From contig NC_135661.1 in the NCBI RefSeq assembly GCF_964188315.1, positions 81,716,001 through 81,780,000 of the forward strand: a stretch of 64,000 nt of DNA, in the 5' to 3' direction. The notes under the pieces are model-generated. The model was given only the letters and a program-made list of their open reading frames with translations, made no database searches and had not been told where the DNA came from. This document shows, one piece after another, positions 36,648-49,352 of this stretch (within the stretch, counting starts at the first letter, position 1; each line of letters starts with the position of its first letter). Source of the DNA: Podarcis muralis. Taxonomy: Eukaryota. Made by a program: the position numbers and the translations under genes.

Positions 36648-37085
36648 TGTCACGGTCCGGTTCACGGGCGAGCAAAGTCCCTGCTGGGGACGTCAGGACA
36701 GGGGCCAAGATGGCGGGGTGGGAGCAGGAACGGGAGTCCAGAAGCCAGGAAGCCCAGAGTCCGAGGGTCAGAGAGCCAGGAGTCAAGAAGCCAAGGGTCC
36801 GAGGGTCAGGAAGCAAGGAGTCACGAAGTCAAGGGTCCAAGGATCAAGAAGCAAGGAGTTAAGGAGCCAAACGTAGCAAGGCAGGGAACGTGTTGCTGTG
36901 GCAAAGAGCCGAACTAAAATGCTGACCTTATATCCCTTCCCAGCTCTTGCCACCAGGTGCTATGAGTTACCAATTGGCCTCACCTGTGTGGCCACACCTT
37001 GCCTCTTCAGAACAAACTTAGGAAGGCCCCAGTCCTGCAAAGTCCTACTGGTCACAGGGCCTGGCTCCTGCACGCACTCCTGACA
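36648..37085 (-). mobile_element. Solo LTR in the gene B 3' region
   Basis: TGTCA...TGACA ends, perfect TSD CCTGG; absent at the homologous site of gene Z. Confidence 0.85.
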
Positions 37086-37225
37086 CCTGGCCCTGCGGAG
37101 AAAATGTCCTGGTCCCTACAGTTACACAGCTGCAGCTGAAAGGAAAAGATCTGAACGGGAAAGAGGGAGGCTTGAGGGTCCAGGAGAGGCCTCAGCAGTG
37201 GAGAGGAAGTTGTTGGTTCCATGTC

Positions 37226-37273
37226 TTATCCCTTTATCTCTTCGTAGACAGAATGGATTCTGGGCAGCAAGGT
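37226..37273 (-). CDS. Gene B terminal exon, ITAM second half (TLLPRIHSVYEEIKG*)
   Basis: ctctttag|ACC, 48 nt to TAA. Confidence 0.85.
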   Translation of the reverse strand, partial: TLLPRIHSVYEEIKG

Positions 37274-38016
37274 CTAAAGAGAAATTGGAGATGAGTCAGG
37301 CGGAAACAAGAAAGTCAGATCCATTTTGGTTTCAAATTGTTTTCCTGGGCAGCATGAGGCTGATGACATTTCTTTATTGATATTCTTGGAAGCAGAACAT
37401 CTTGTAAGAAGAGAAGCAAATCAATGCAAGTGCCTTTTGTCTGGATAATTTATATCGGCTGGGAACCTCGGTGCCCTTTACATGGGAATTCGGATAAATT
37501 ACAATACAGGGATTGCCACTGTAAAAGAGCAATTTTGGGGGCAATATCTGCTGCTCTTTCCTCTGGTGCGCGGAGGGAAAAGCTTATACTCCCCGAGATA
37601 CCCATTTCTATTACAGGAAATTTGCCCACCTTTGCACTGGGTAGCCAAATGACAGCAGTGCTGGTGCCAGACAAACTTCCCTCGTGGATGACTTCCAGAC
37701 TTGGGGTGCCACTCAGAAAAGGATCTGTTTGTGGCTGCCACCCACATTACCACTGAAGGTGTGTGTGTGGGGATCTGGAAAAGGGCTTCAGAAGATGGTC
37801 CAAATGGTTGGGGAGCTACCTGTGGGAGAAGGTGAACTCTAAGGCCCTAAACTGTATGAGAGAAGCTTAACGCTAGCCATTTGACTTGTGCTTGAAATCT
37901 AACTGGAAGCCAATGCAGATCTTTCAGTAATGGGCTATTATTTGTTTGATAATGGATATTTTGAGCCTAGTTGAAATTTTCCAAACATTTCAAAGGGCAA
38001 GGGGCCTTCTACTCAC

Positions 38017-38058
38017 CTCATATGTGTTGCTGGCCTTGGAGGAGCTTTCAGGCTTAAC
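38017..38058 (-). CDS. Gene B 42-nt exon (VKPESSSKASNTYE)
   Basis: atccag|GTT...GAG|gtgagt, phase 0-0. Confidence 0.85.
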
Positions 38059-38282
38059 CTGGATCAAACACAAAAATATGCTGAAGCTTATACTAGCACA
38101 GACAACTGCCAAATCTTTGAGTTCTTGCGAACGGATTGTGGCCAACATTCCCCAGGAAAAGGGTAAATCAATACCACATGGGGGAAAATTTGGGCTGGCA
38201 TCCTGAGGCTGTGAACTCAATGAAAAATCTGCCTGCATGAGTAATATCTGTGGGAATGTTCAGGGTGGCAGGAGAGGATATA

Positions 38283-38869
38283 TTGTTTACTAATATACTT
38301 CCTAACTTGCGCTAGCAGGTTCCTTTATGTAGCAGAGTTACACCCCCCCTTTTTACATGCACAGCAGATAGCTGGTTGCAGGCTCGTGTGAGCCTCTCAC
38401 TATTATACAATTCAGTCTGTCTCAGATTGAATTGCATGTTCCTGATAAGTTCCCTTAAATCCCTCTTAAAAAAACAAAGACGCCACAATCTTATTCAAAG
38501 TCAATAAAAGAAGTTTACTCACATCAGTTCACAGTTTGATTCCTGAAGGCAGACTTAGTTACAAATATGTACATGTGGATCTACCCCATATGGGGCAATA
38601 AGCTAGCTGAGAGCTAGCAGAGCAGTCCTAGCTAAAAGCTGGTCAAAAAGAGAGAGGTGTGCTGCGTGACTCGTCCTTTTGTTACCTGGACAAGTTAGGT
38701 CACACCCACCTTCTATCACATGCAAAAGGAAGGATGCTCCAGCCAGGAGGAACAGGAAGTTTCGACTGTCTGGACCAAACATTCCCTCACATGTCTTCTC
38801 TAGCATTGCAAGGAATGTTGTACTTGACTGCCTCTCATGGATCACATCCCACAATATCCATCTCACAAC
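38283..38869 (-). mobile_element. LTR-like element in a gene B intron
   Basis: TG...CA ends; inverted relative of 23788-24520. Confidence 0.5.
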
Positions 38870-38903
38870 AAACACCCATCTAGAGGCCCCCTGATTCACT
38901 CAC

Positions 38904-38998
38904 TTGAGGTTTTGCTTCTCCAGTTTGTGGATCATTCTCATATACCTGAGGGGTGGGTACAACCGGAGAAGTTGTTCTGCCATTCCGATGACGGGCAC
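38904..38998 (-). CDS. Gene B first cytoplasmic exon (RARHRNGRTTSPVVPTPQVYENDPQTGEAKPQ)
   Basis: ttgcag|GT...CAA|gtgagt; 95 nt, phase 1-0. Confidence 0.85.
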
Positions 38999-39729
38999 CT
39001 GCAAGAGGGAGAAGAAGGCTGGGAACCAGCTCTTAACATGGAACTCCTACCCTTTTACAGACTACGGTATACGCTTCTGCTCTGACAACAGGGTAACATC
39101 AGGTAAACTGCAGAAACCCTTTTCTTTACACTTTTTTTGTTATCCATTTGAATCTTGTCCTTAACAAGAAGGGGAACAGCAGTTTTTGCACAGGCACACG
39201 TACCAATCCTGGAAAAGCTCACATCCTGAAACAAGTGAATGTTTTAAAACCTTCAGAGATGTTTGTGCGTCAGATGGACTGGGGAGATACTGGTTCGAAT
39301 CCCCATCAATTAAACTCAAAGCATTTCATTCAGTAGTTGGACACGGAAAACACAGTTAAGGCTATTTGTTTAATTGACACTGAAATGGAGAATGCCTATG
39401 CCTATTGCTGAAAAGGTTTAACATGGGGAAATTCCACTAAGTGCTCTCTGAGCTTCTTGCAGGCCTGATAATGGTTGTTATTCTCTGCTAGCTAACACCT
39501 GAGTGTTTAACCTTAGATCAGGTGATTAAAGTATTGGATTGCAAATTCACCATCTTGGAAGGTTGGTGGCTGAGTCTTTGTTCCCGGACTCTGTAGGGGG
39601 AAAGATGTATAAAAGAGCCTGCAGAAGGGAGTGAATACAGCACCAGTCAAAATGGAGGCTGTAGGAAGAGAGAGGTCTCTGCTTAAAGGTCTGCTTGGAA
39701 TTATCTTTTATTTTGAATATGCTGAGCCT

Positions 39730-40634
39730 GTTGTTGTTGTTGTTTAGTCGTTTAGTCGTGTCCGACTCTTCGTGACCCCATGGACCAGAGCACGCCAGGC
39801 ACCTCTGTCCTCCACTACCTCCCGCAGTTTGGTCAAACTCATGCTGGTAACCTCAAAAACGCTATCCAACCATCTCGTCCTCTGTCGCCCCCTTCTCCTT
39901 GTGCCCTCCATCTTTCCCAGCATCAGTGTCTTCTCCAGGGAGTCTTCTCTTCTCATGAGGTGGCCAAAGTACTGGAGCCTCAGCTTCACGATCTGTCCTT
40001 CCAGTGAGCACTCAGGGCTGATTTCCTTAAGAATGGATGCATTTGATCTTCTTGCCGTCCATGGGACTCTCAAGAGTCTTCTCCAGCACCATAATTCAAA
40101 AGCATCAATTCTTCGGCGATCAGCCTTCTTTATGGTCCAGCTCTCACTTCCATACATCACTACTGGGAAAACCATGGCTTTAACTATATGGACCTTTGTT
40201 GGCAAGGTGACGTCTCTACTTCTCAAGATGCTGTCTAGGCCTGTCATTGCCCTTCTCCCAAGGAGCAGGCGTCTTTTAATTTCGTGGCTGCTGTCACCAT
40301 CTGCAGTGATCATGGCGCCCAAGTAAGTAAAATCTCTCACTGCCTCCATTTCTTCCCCTTCTATTTGCCAGGAGGTGATGGGACCAGTGGCCATGATCTT
40401 CGTTTTTTTGATGTTGAGCTTCAGACCATATTTTGCGCTCTCCTCTTTCACCCTCATTAAAAAGTTCTTTAATTCCTCCTCACTTTCTGCCATCAAGGTT
40501 GTGTCATCTGCATATCTGAGGTTGTTGATATTTCTTCCGGCAATCTTAATTCCAGCTTGGGATTCATCCAGCCCAGCCTTTCGCATGATGTATTCTGCAT
40601 ATAAATTAAATAAGCAGGGAGACAAAATACAGCC
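39730..40634 (-). mobile_element. Bov-B (RTE) LINE 3' fragment with RT domain
   Basis: GCILSPCLFNLYAEYIMRKAGL...NNLRYADDTTL; (CAA)n tail. Confidence 0.95.
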
Positions 40635-41208
40635 TGTGCTGGACAGCAAAAGGTATTGTATGGAGTTATTTGGATGTATCTTTGCTGTTTTGAAGAAAGT
40701 TATGCAAGTAAAGCTTTGAATAATATCTAATGGGTCTGGACAATGTTTCATTCCAAAAGGAGTTAGTTTTTATGCATCCAGTCGCTTCAAGCTGCGCAAT
40801 ATTCCTGCATTGCAGGGGGTTGGACTAGATGATCCTCAGGACCCATTCCAATTCTATGACTCTGTGAGTTCCAACACCACTTTTACTAGAAAAATAGCAC
40901 TGTGTTTGTGAATGTTTGCATATATTCTTTTATCATCTGTTCGGCAAATGAAAATTCTGACTATTTAACGAGTGTCTGGACAATGTTTTGATTCCTAAAA
41001 AGGAGTCAGTCTTACACATGTTTAGCTACCTAGCTGTACAATGTTGCTAATCTGCAACAGCTGTTGTCCCTGGCCCTGCCCCCCACCCCCCAAACCTTTG
41101 CTTACTGGGCTGCTGCTGCCCAAGGCAGCTACTTCAGTCTGCCTCATGGGGCCCCCCGGCCCTGACAGGGGTCTCCTGAAGTCTGGGATCTGCTCTGGTT
41201 TTACTCAC

Positions 41209-41310
41209 GGAAAAGGAGGTAAGTCAGGGTTCCCATCAGCACCAATATTGCAGCCAGAGACCCGATAACAGTCCCAGCGAGGGCTTCAGCAGAACTGAAA
41301 GCAGAAGAAT
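41209..41310 (-). CDS. Gene B transmembrane exon (YSSAFSSAEALAGTVIGSLAAILVLMGTLTYLLF)
   Basis: ttcag|AT...C|gtgagt; 102 nt, phase 1-1. Confidence 0.87.
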
Positions 41311-42027
41311 CTGAAGAGCAAGGCATATTTTTAAGAGACTGAGCGATGTCATAATTAAGGACTGCCTGTAATCTAGCCTCTATAGACCCTATGGTAGAAG
41401 CAAGGGGCTGGAAATATTGGGGGGGGGGCATTATCCTGTACGCACAGCTGCTATGCATCTCCCCACAAGTGAGCGTTTCTGGACCAACAAAAAACAGCAG
41501 CAAAACTTTCCACCCTACAGTTAGGAGCAGAGCTTACTCTGTTGGGTAAGTTACAGATGGGTAGCCGTGTTGGTCTGCCATAGTCAAAACAAAAAAAATT
41601 CCTTCCAGTAGCACCTTAAAGACCAACTAAGTTAGTTCTTGGTATGAGCTTTCGTGGTATCTGAAGAAGTGTGCATGCACACGAAAGCTCATACCAAGAA
41701 CTAACTTAGTTGGTCTTTAAGGTGCTACTGGAAGGAATTTTTTTTGTCTGTTGGGTAAATTGGGTTTTACCGGGGTGCAGCTCTGAGCCTCTTCAGATGG
41801 TGAGTCCGTCAGCATTACTTAAGCACCGCCATGTCAGGGACTGGCTGCATTAGGAAGAGGCGTAGAATCTGCCCAACCAAGAGCTGCTCAAGGAAGGCGC
41901 AGAGGAAGAGGATTTTGAGACTGGGGACTGGTGGTGGGATTCTGGCCACAGCTTAGAGGAGCTGGGAAGTGCTAGAAAGAGGGTGCTTGAGGGATAGTGA
42001 ACAGACAGGACAGGATGAGGAGGAGCC

Positions 42028-42049
<22 letters not shown>

Positions 42050-42072
<23 letters not shown>

Positions 42073-42123
42073 CTGCCCATCTGGCTGAGTTTCCCCAACT
42101 ACTCTGGGCAGCTCCCAATGGAA

Positions 42124-42167
<44 letters not shown>

Positions 42168-42595
42168 CAATAAACATTAAAAACTTCCGGAAACGGGATG
42201 CCTTCAGGTGTCTTCTAAAAGTCAGATACAGTGGTACCTCAGGTTAAGAACTTAATTCGTTCTGGAGGTCTGTTCTTAACCTGAAACTGTTCATAACCTG
42301 AGGTACCACTTTAGTTAATGGGGCTCCCGCTGCTGCCGCGCGATTTCTGTTCTCATCCTGAAGAAAAGTTCTTAACCCGAGGTACTATTTCTGGGTTAGT
42401 GGAGTCTGTAACCTGAAGCGTCTGTAACCTGAAGCGTCTGTAACCCGAGGCACCACTGTAGTTGTTTATTTCCTTGGCATCTGATGGGAGGGCATTCCAC
42501 AGGGTGGGCACCACCACTGAGAAGGCCCTCTGCCTGGTTCCTTGTAGCTTCACTTCTCACAGTGAGGGAACCGCCAGAAGGCCCTCGGAGCTGGC
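42050..42595 (-). mobile_element. L2 3' fragment interrupted by a MITE
   Basis: L2 sequence TCTTCTAAAAGTCAGATA continues as GTTGTTTATTTCC after the insertion. Confidence 0.8.
42229..42458. mobile_element. Tc1/mariner-type MITE nested in L2
   Basis: TA|CAGTGGTACCTC...GAGGCACCACTG|TA. Confidence 0.87.
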
Positions 42596-42797
42596 TTACA
42601 TCCAGTCTGGATGTAAGCGCTGAGAGCGATGACAGACGGGTGGCAGACCCTGCAGTTCTCCGTCAGAGCCATTCTGATGGCTTCTCTGCTGACAGCTTGC
42701 TCCCACCCCCGTCGACTCCTAGAATGAGGCGTTCATTGCATGTTGCCGAGCAGCGAGACAGGCAGACACGGAACCTTTCTCTCACCACCATAATCTA

Positions 42798-43144
42798 GGT
42801 AAAGGTAAAGGGACCCCTGACCATTAGGTCCAGTCGTGGCCAACTCTGGGGTTGCGGCGCTCATCTCGCTTTATTGGCCGAGGGAAGCGTACAGCTTCCA
42901 GGTCATGTGGCCAGCATGACTAAGCTTCTGGCGAACCAGAGCAGTGCACGGAAACGCTGTTTACCTTCCCGCCAGGGTGGTACCTATTTATCTACTTGCA
43001 CTTTGACGTGCTTTCGAACTGCTAGGTTGGCAGGAGCAAGGACCCAGCAACGGGAGCTCACCCCGCTGTGAAGATTCGAACCACCGACCTTCTGATTGGC
43101 AAGTCCTAGGCTCTGTGGTTTAACCCACAGCACCACCCGCGTCC
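42798..43144 (-). mobile_element. Sauria SINE
   Basis: TSD CACCATAATCTA. Confidence 0.92.
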
Positions 43145-43251
43145 CACCATAATCTACCTCCACACAAAAAGCGATAGGGAGTTAGAAACCACTAGTGTGG
43201 AGAGCAGAGTCAGGAGGAAAGGTGTTCCTTGTTTATTAGTGGATTACTCAC

Positions 43252-43524
43252 ATGCCATAGTTATCTTACTGGGGTTGCTTATAGCATTACTGACAGGGTT
43301 GACTGCCTGACATTTATAGATCCCTTCGTCCTCTTTGGTGATGCCAGTTAGCATGAGGGTTCGGTTCCTTTCAGAAAGCCCAGTCTTAGACGGGACAGGA
43401 CTACCATCTTTGAACCAAAGGATGGAGACATCTAGGCGGTCAGAGGTGTTGCAGTGTAAGGTGACAGTTGTGTTCTCTGCCACTAGGGATTCTGTTGGCT
43501 GCAGGACTGGGTTGGAGAGGATTT
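43252..43524 (-). CDS. Gene B IgC2 exon (EILSNPVLQP...VTLHC...WFKDG...NRTL...YKCQAVNPVSNAISNP)
   Basis: ctgcag|AA...T|gtgagt; 273 nt, phase 1-1; CEACAM-type NRTL and YxCxxxNPVS motifs. Confidence 0.9.
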
Positions 43525-43589
43525 CTGCAGATGAAACAGAAACACAGTCATCATTTGTGGGTCCTCATGGTCACTGAATCTGCTTAAGG

Positions 43590-43727
43590 CACCCTTTCTC
43601 AACCTGTGGGTCCCCAGATGTTGTTGAACTACAACTCCCATCACCCCTAGCTAGCAAGGCCAGAGCTCAGGGATGATGGGAGTTGTAGTCCAACAACATC
43701 TGGGGACCCACAGGTTGAGAACCACTG
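43590..43727. mobile_element. Palindromic hAT-type MITE
   Basis: Hairpin structure; ~8-bp TSD GCTTAAGG/GATTAAGG. Confidence 0.75.
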
Positions 43728-43787
43728 GATTAAGGTCTCTTCAATTCTAGCTACTACAGAAGGTCACTTTGAGGCTGCTACTCAGTA

Positions 43788-44017
43788 CAGTGGTACCTCG
43801 GGTTACAGATGCTTCAGGTTACATACACTTCAGGTTACAGACTCCACTAACCCAGAAATATTACCTCGGGTTAAGAACTTTGCTTCAGGATAGAACAGAA
43901 GTCGTGCAGCGGCAGCAGGAGGCCCCATTAGCTAAAGTGGCGCTTCAAGTTAAGAACAGTTTCAGGTTAAGAACAGACCTCCAGAACGAATGAAGTTCTT
44001 AACCCGAGGTACCACTG
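43788..44017. mobile_element. Tc1/mariner-type MITE
   Basis: TA|CAGTGGTACCTCGGG...CCCGAGGTACCACTG|TA. Confidence 0.88.
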
Positions 44018-44231
44018 TATAGCAGGGGATCATTACAGTAGCCTAGCCTAGTTTACTTGGTCCTTGGCAGATGCAAAACTCAGCAGATCATAGAACTGTA
44101 GAGTTGGAAGGGATCCAAGGGACATCTAGTCTAACCCCCTGCAATGCAGGAATGTAACAACTCTGGACAGATAAAGGAGAGGGGACATCTGAAGGCATCT
44201 CTAAAAGGTGAGAAAGGAGGGGGGGAAATAC

Positions 44232-44594
44232 CTGAGATGGTTATACTGGTAGCTCCCATTTCATTACGCAGAAATCCTCCCATTCTTAATGTATAAGTTC
44301 CAGAGTCGCTCAGCCTTAAATCTGTGATGCGAAGGGAGCAGTCTGTGGCCCCAGACTCCCTCCCACTGAAGGCAGGTCCATTTTTCTGTTCAGCAAATGG
44401 ACTTAGTGAATAAACAAAGATCTTATTTTTCTCTTCAGCTGCCCCTCGGTACCAGTGGCAGCTAAACAGATCAACACGTCCTGGTGTTAAGGAGACACTC
44501 TGTCCTTCCCTCAGGGTTTCTGGTTCAACTGTGATGTGTGTTTTCGTCTTGCCCTGGCCTGGAATCAGCAGGAAGGAAGAACGTGGGATGGAGG
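44232..44594 (-). CDS. Gene B CEACAM-like N (IgV) exon (not in the ORF track)
   Basis: ctgcag|CC...TCAG|gtattt; 363 nt, open; REGQSVSLTPGRVDLFSCHWYRG...NGPAFSGRESGATDCSLRITDLRLSDSGTYTL. Confidence 0.9.
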
Positions 44595-45235
44595 CTGCAG
44601 GATGGAGAAGAAAAAGAAAGAAAAGGGGAAAACATGGTTCTAGGCCAAGGCGATGGAGTTGCCAAAGTGTTTCAGACCAGTTTGTGCAAGTTAGCTTAAA
44701 TTCTCGTTCACTGTAACTTCCCCCATCCTTCTGGAGTTTCAGTGTCGGAGTGGTAGTGATATCATCTTTGCATCATATTCATCCATCCTCTTGTTCCTGG
44801 GAGAGTGTGAATTAGGGATGCTACAGAGCCAATGAGTTGGGTCACCATGATGAGTCAATACTTTCTCTGACTCAGAATAGCAAGATCAGAAAAGGCTCCT
44901 GATGCACACTAAACCAGGCTGACTGCTGCCCATAATCTGGGGATGGTAGAGACCTGGGAGCTGGGGTTCAATTCCCCACTCGGCCGTGAAGCTCACTGGG
45001 CGACCTTGTGAGAGTTGCTACCTCTCAGCCTAACCTCTACCTCACAGGGTTGTGGTGGGGATTGAATGAGCAACAGGGGAACTACAGAAGCCACCTTGAG
45101 CTCCATGGATAAAAAGTTGGGATATAAATGCAACAAATAAATAAACAAATTTAAATACAAACTTACGTTTGTCTTTAAATCACAATGAAACAATGCATGA
45201 ACCCAATGCACAGTCACCAGTGCTAGATTTGCATA

Positions 45236-45481
45236 CAGTCATACCTCGGGTTGAATATGCTTCAGGTTGAGCGCTTTCGGGTTGCGCTCCACGGCGACCC
45301 AGAAGTAACGGAACACATTACTTCCGGGTTTCGCCGCTCACGCATGCGCAGATGGTCAAAATGATGTCACACGCATGCGCGGAAGCGGCGAATCGCGACC
45401 CGCACAGTCGCAGGTTGCGTTTGCTTCAGGATGCAAACGGGGCTCCGGAACGGATCCTGTTCGCATCCTGAGGTACCACTG
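45236..45481. mobile_element. Tc1/mariner-type MITE
   Basis: TA|CAGTCATACCTC...GAGGTACCACTG|TA. Confidence 0.82.
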
Positions 45482-45572
45482 TATAAGCTTAACAAGTTAT
45501 AGCTTAGGGCCCCACTCTCTTGGGGGCCCCCAAAAAAATTAAAGAAAAAACAACTGGATGTATTATTCACTA

Positions 45573-45813
45573 CAGTGGAACCTCGGGTTATGTACTGTCC
45601 TCCTTATGAACGCTTCAGGTAACGAGCTCCGCTAACCCGGAAGTAGGTCTCCTGGTAGCAAACCTTGCCCCGGGATGCCAGCGGAAGTCACATGCCGATG
45701 GCACGGCAGCAGCAGGAGGCCCCATTAGTGAAAGCGCGCCTCAGGTTAAGAACGGTTTTGGGTAAAGAATGGACCTCCGGAATGAATTAAGTTTGCAACT
45801 GGAGGTACCACTG
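45573..45813. mobile_element. Tc1/mariner-type MITE
   Basis: TA|CAGTGGAACCTC...GAGGTACCACTG|TA. Confidence 0.82.
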
Positions 45814-46004
45814 TATTGTATTTCACTATTAATATGCTTCTTCTTAATTGTATTTCAGTTCAACAATTATTTTGATAAAATACATATTTTGTTATGTGTA
45901 AATGGCTTTACCTAACTATTAGGTCCATAAATTACCATATAGCATATATTCAACACAAAAAAACAGTGACAATTTGTTGTTGACAAAGGACAGCTGGACA
46001 TATA

Positions 46005-46365
46005 GGTAAAGGTAAAGGTACCCCTGCCCGTACAGGCCAGTCTTGACAGACTCTGGGGTTGTGCGCCCATCTCACTTAAGAGGCCGGGGGCCAGCGCTGT
46101 CCGAAGACACTTCCGGGTCACGTGGCCAGCGTGACAAGCTGCATCTAGCGAGCCAGCGCAGCACACGGAACGCCGTTTTACCTTCCCGCTGGTAAGCGGT
46201 CCCTATTTATCTACTTGCACCCAGAGGTGCTTTCGAACTGCTAGGTTGGCAGGCACTGGGACCGAACAACGGGAGCGCACCCCGCCGCGGGGATTCGAAC
46301 CACCGACCTTTCGATCGGCAAGTCCTAGGCGCTGAGGCTTTAACCCACAGCGCCACCCGCGTCCC
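46005..46365 (-). mobile_element. Sauria SINE
   Basis: TSD GCTGGACATATA. Confidence 0.92.
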
Positions 46366-46987
46366 GCTGGACATATAAAGGGCCCCATTACCTTCAGTAG
46401 CTCAAGGCCTCATCAAACCTAAATCTGGCCCTGACAGTCACCCTTCACAATCCACACTTAGCTCTGCATTTTGCGATGCAGTTCTCCCGCCAAGAACACA
46501 TATTCCGAGGGGAGAGTTGAGTATTCATAACAAGCAAGTAAAAAGCAGCATATAGAAATGTGCTATACTGGGGGAAATTGCTTTGCGAAAAATGAATTTC
46601 GCACTAAAAAGCTGATTAAATTTCATGGGACTTTTTTATTCTAAAAAAGAAGAAGAAAAAGAAACTGATGCGGGAACATGGAGAACATGTGAAAATAAGG
46701 GGGGGGGGGGAACAAACTTGACAGTTTCACCCATCCCTACCCATAACACACAATTTGGTCTCTTCTGCATACCTGCCCTGTGACATCAGGTGCTCACGAT
46801 TCCCACAGAGAGACTGCTATAGCCAAGCCCTCCAGAAATGACTCCACCCACAGGCCCTGCCTGCCTGGGTCTCTCATCTCTAGGAGAAACAGGACAGCCT
46901 TAGCAAAATTACGAACCAGGGCGTACAATGTAACCCATGCCTAGGTTTATTAACAATCTTCAAAGAAACTCAACTCAAATGGTTATA

Positions 46988-47225
46988 CAATAGTACCTTG
47001 GTACTCGAACGGCTTGGCTCCTGAATAAATCAGCTCCCGAACGCCACAAACCCGGAAGTATTCCGGTTTGCGGACGTTTTTCGGAAGCCAAACTTCTGCT
47101 GCAGCTTCCGCTTTAGTGCAGGAAGCTCCTGCAGCCAATCAGAAGCTGCGCCTGGGTTTTTGAATGGGTTTGGGACTCGAACGGACTCCCGGAATGGATT
47201 AAGTTTGAGAACCAAGGTACCACCG
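46988..47225. mobile_element. Tc1/mariner-type MITE (decayed)
   Basis: GTACCTTGG...CCAAGGTAC inverted ends with TA flanks. Confidence 0.7.
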
Positions 47226-48742
47226 TACAAGGAACTTATCACTTTTCTTCTACCAGCAGCACGATTACTTATGGCAAAAAAACTTGGAAAGGACTCGTTC
47301 ACCGGCACATCACACAAATGTGTGGACAATGGCTTAACCTCAGAAACTGAGTATATGCCTGGAATGACTTATCCAACACAGACAATTTTGTTGAAATATG
47401 GCGCCCCTTTTTAAAATGTCCATGTCAACACCCAAATGACCAGCACTCAACAACTATGCACACAGACATATGGGAAATTTTGACACATTATTTTTCAAAT
47501 CTGGGGGAGGGGGGGAATCAATGGTTTTGTTCATGTTGATGTTCACATTTAGATCCTTTTAATTGGAAATTAATAAAAAGGTTTCTAAAATAAATGACAG
47601 GCAACTTTGACAAAATACCACCAAAATGCACAGCTATATGTGAAAATTGATACATAGCTCCCAATGTATATAAAGTAATATAAATTCATTTTTCTTCTGT
47701 CACACCCTCCCTCTCAGCCCAGGGTCCCAACAAACCAGTGCTTTTTTTCTTTAAAAAAATACCGTATTTTTCTCTCTATAAGATGCACTTTTTCTCTCCT
47801 AAAAAGTAAGGGGAAATGTGTGTGCGTCTTATGGAGCGAATGCAGGCTGCGTTGCTTTCGCTGAAGCCAGAACTGCAAGAGGGATTGCTATTGAAATACT
47901 GCCCCTCAATGAGGCCAAACTTTGATTCACAAACTGTTTAGGGGTATGCGTCCCCCTGCGTCCCCCCAGTAAAAAAAAGCACTGAAACAAACTCTCAGTT
48001 CACCCACAACAAGCAGAGTTTCTGGAAACTGTGGACACCATCCTAGTCTCTCACTCTAGACTTGCTTCCTATGGTTTCTCTCCTGCGTGGATTTTTTAAC
48101 ATGTGAAGTAGAACTAGCCTTGTGACTGAAGCTCATTCCACATTCTAAGCATTCAGATGGTTTCAGACCTGTGACATTTCTTTCCTGTGAGGTGGGATGA
48201 TGTGCCTTGCTAATGGAGCTCTTTCCACAACCCAAGCACTGGTTTCTTTGATGCTTCATTGAGATCCGAGCTCTCTGTCTCTGGCTCCGTAAGAACCCCA
48301 GCCTGCCCCCCTAGTACTTCCCCTCTTATCTTTCCCCACACCTCCTTCGCTGGAGGGTGTGGGGACACCTTCAAAGTCCTTCTCCCACTCCACTGTTTGT
48401 GACTCCAGCTCTCTTCATTCAGATTCCCTGCCAGCAACACCTGCGGAAATGTTAGGGCAGCAGCAAGGGAACCTCAATTTTAAAATATGCACCTAATTGC
48501 ATGTTTTAAAACACATTTTCTCTCAAAATAACAGCTTACTCTAGCTGGAATTCTGGAGAGCTCCATCTTGACAGCTTTTGGAGAAGTATGAAATCTGAGG
48601 GAGAGTTAAGCTCCCAGCCCCACATTAGTCTGAGAAATGCAAATAAAGTCAGCCAGCATCAGAATTGGAAGGAGCAAATCCTTTGGACATCCCCTACTCC
48701 CCCCAAGTAAGTCCTTCCCCTTGTAGGGTGCTGGTCTCTCAC

Positions 48743-48788
48743 CTGCTAAGAGCAGCATCTGCCAGGACGCCATCCATGGCCTGCCCAT
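48743..48788 (-). CDS. Gene B leader exon (MGRPWMASWQMLLLA)
   Basis: aagATGG start, donor GCAG|gtgaga, 46 nt, phase 1. Confidence 0.82.
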
Positions 48789-49352
48789 CTTGCGGGCACT
48801 CTTTTTGGGGGCTTGGTTTAGGCTGCCTGTCTCCTCACAGCTGGTGTTCTGGGGTCCTTCTCTGCTCAATGCCCAGCATGCAGTGCCACTGCTGCCTCCG
48901 GCTGAGTCATTGACCACACAGAGGGGAACTGGGCAGCTGAGATTTCGAGACTGGGTTTTCCCCAATAACTGCAAGACACCCATACCAGCACTCTATGCTT
49001 CTTCCTCATATGCCAAGCCAGTGCGGGAACAATTTGCTCAAATGCTTAACTTGTCAGCACCCGCCTCTCAGCTGGTAGCAAAGATGTGATCTGAGCTGAA
49101 GAACTGGGTCCAGGCAGACTGTCATACAGAGTTGGGAAGTTTAGGATTCATTATGGAAAAGGTCTAAAGCTGTGGTCTTCAAACAAATCAGGACCCCAAA
49201 TCCACCTTAGACTCCCAGCCAGGAATTTGGCACCCAATTTCACATTTTCTTTACACTTAATAGTGTTAGTGTCTAGACACACATCACACGCGAAGGCAGT
49301 GGTTCATGCCATCCTGGTGTGGCAAGAGTGGATGGCAATCATGGCAGGAAGA

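Noticed and set aside
39744-40751. 335-aa reverse transcriptase ORF as a host gene or intact element
   Set aside because: 5'-truncated Bov-B fragment; the ORF N-terminus is unrelated flanking sequence and there is no endonuclease domain.
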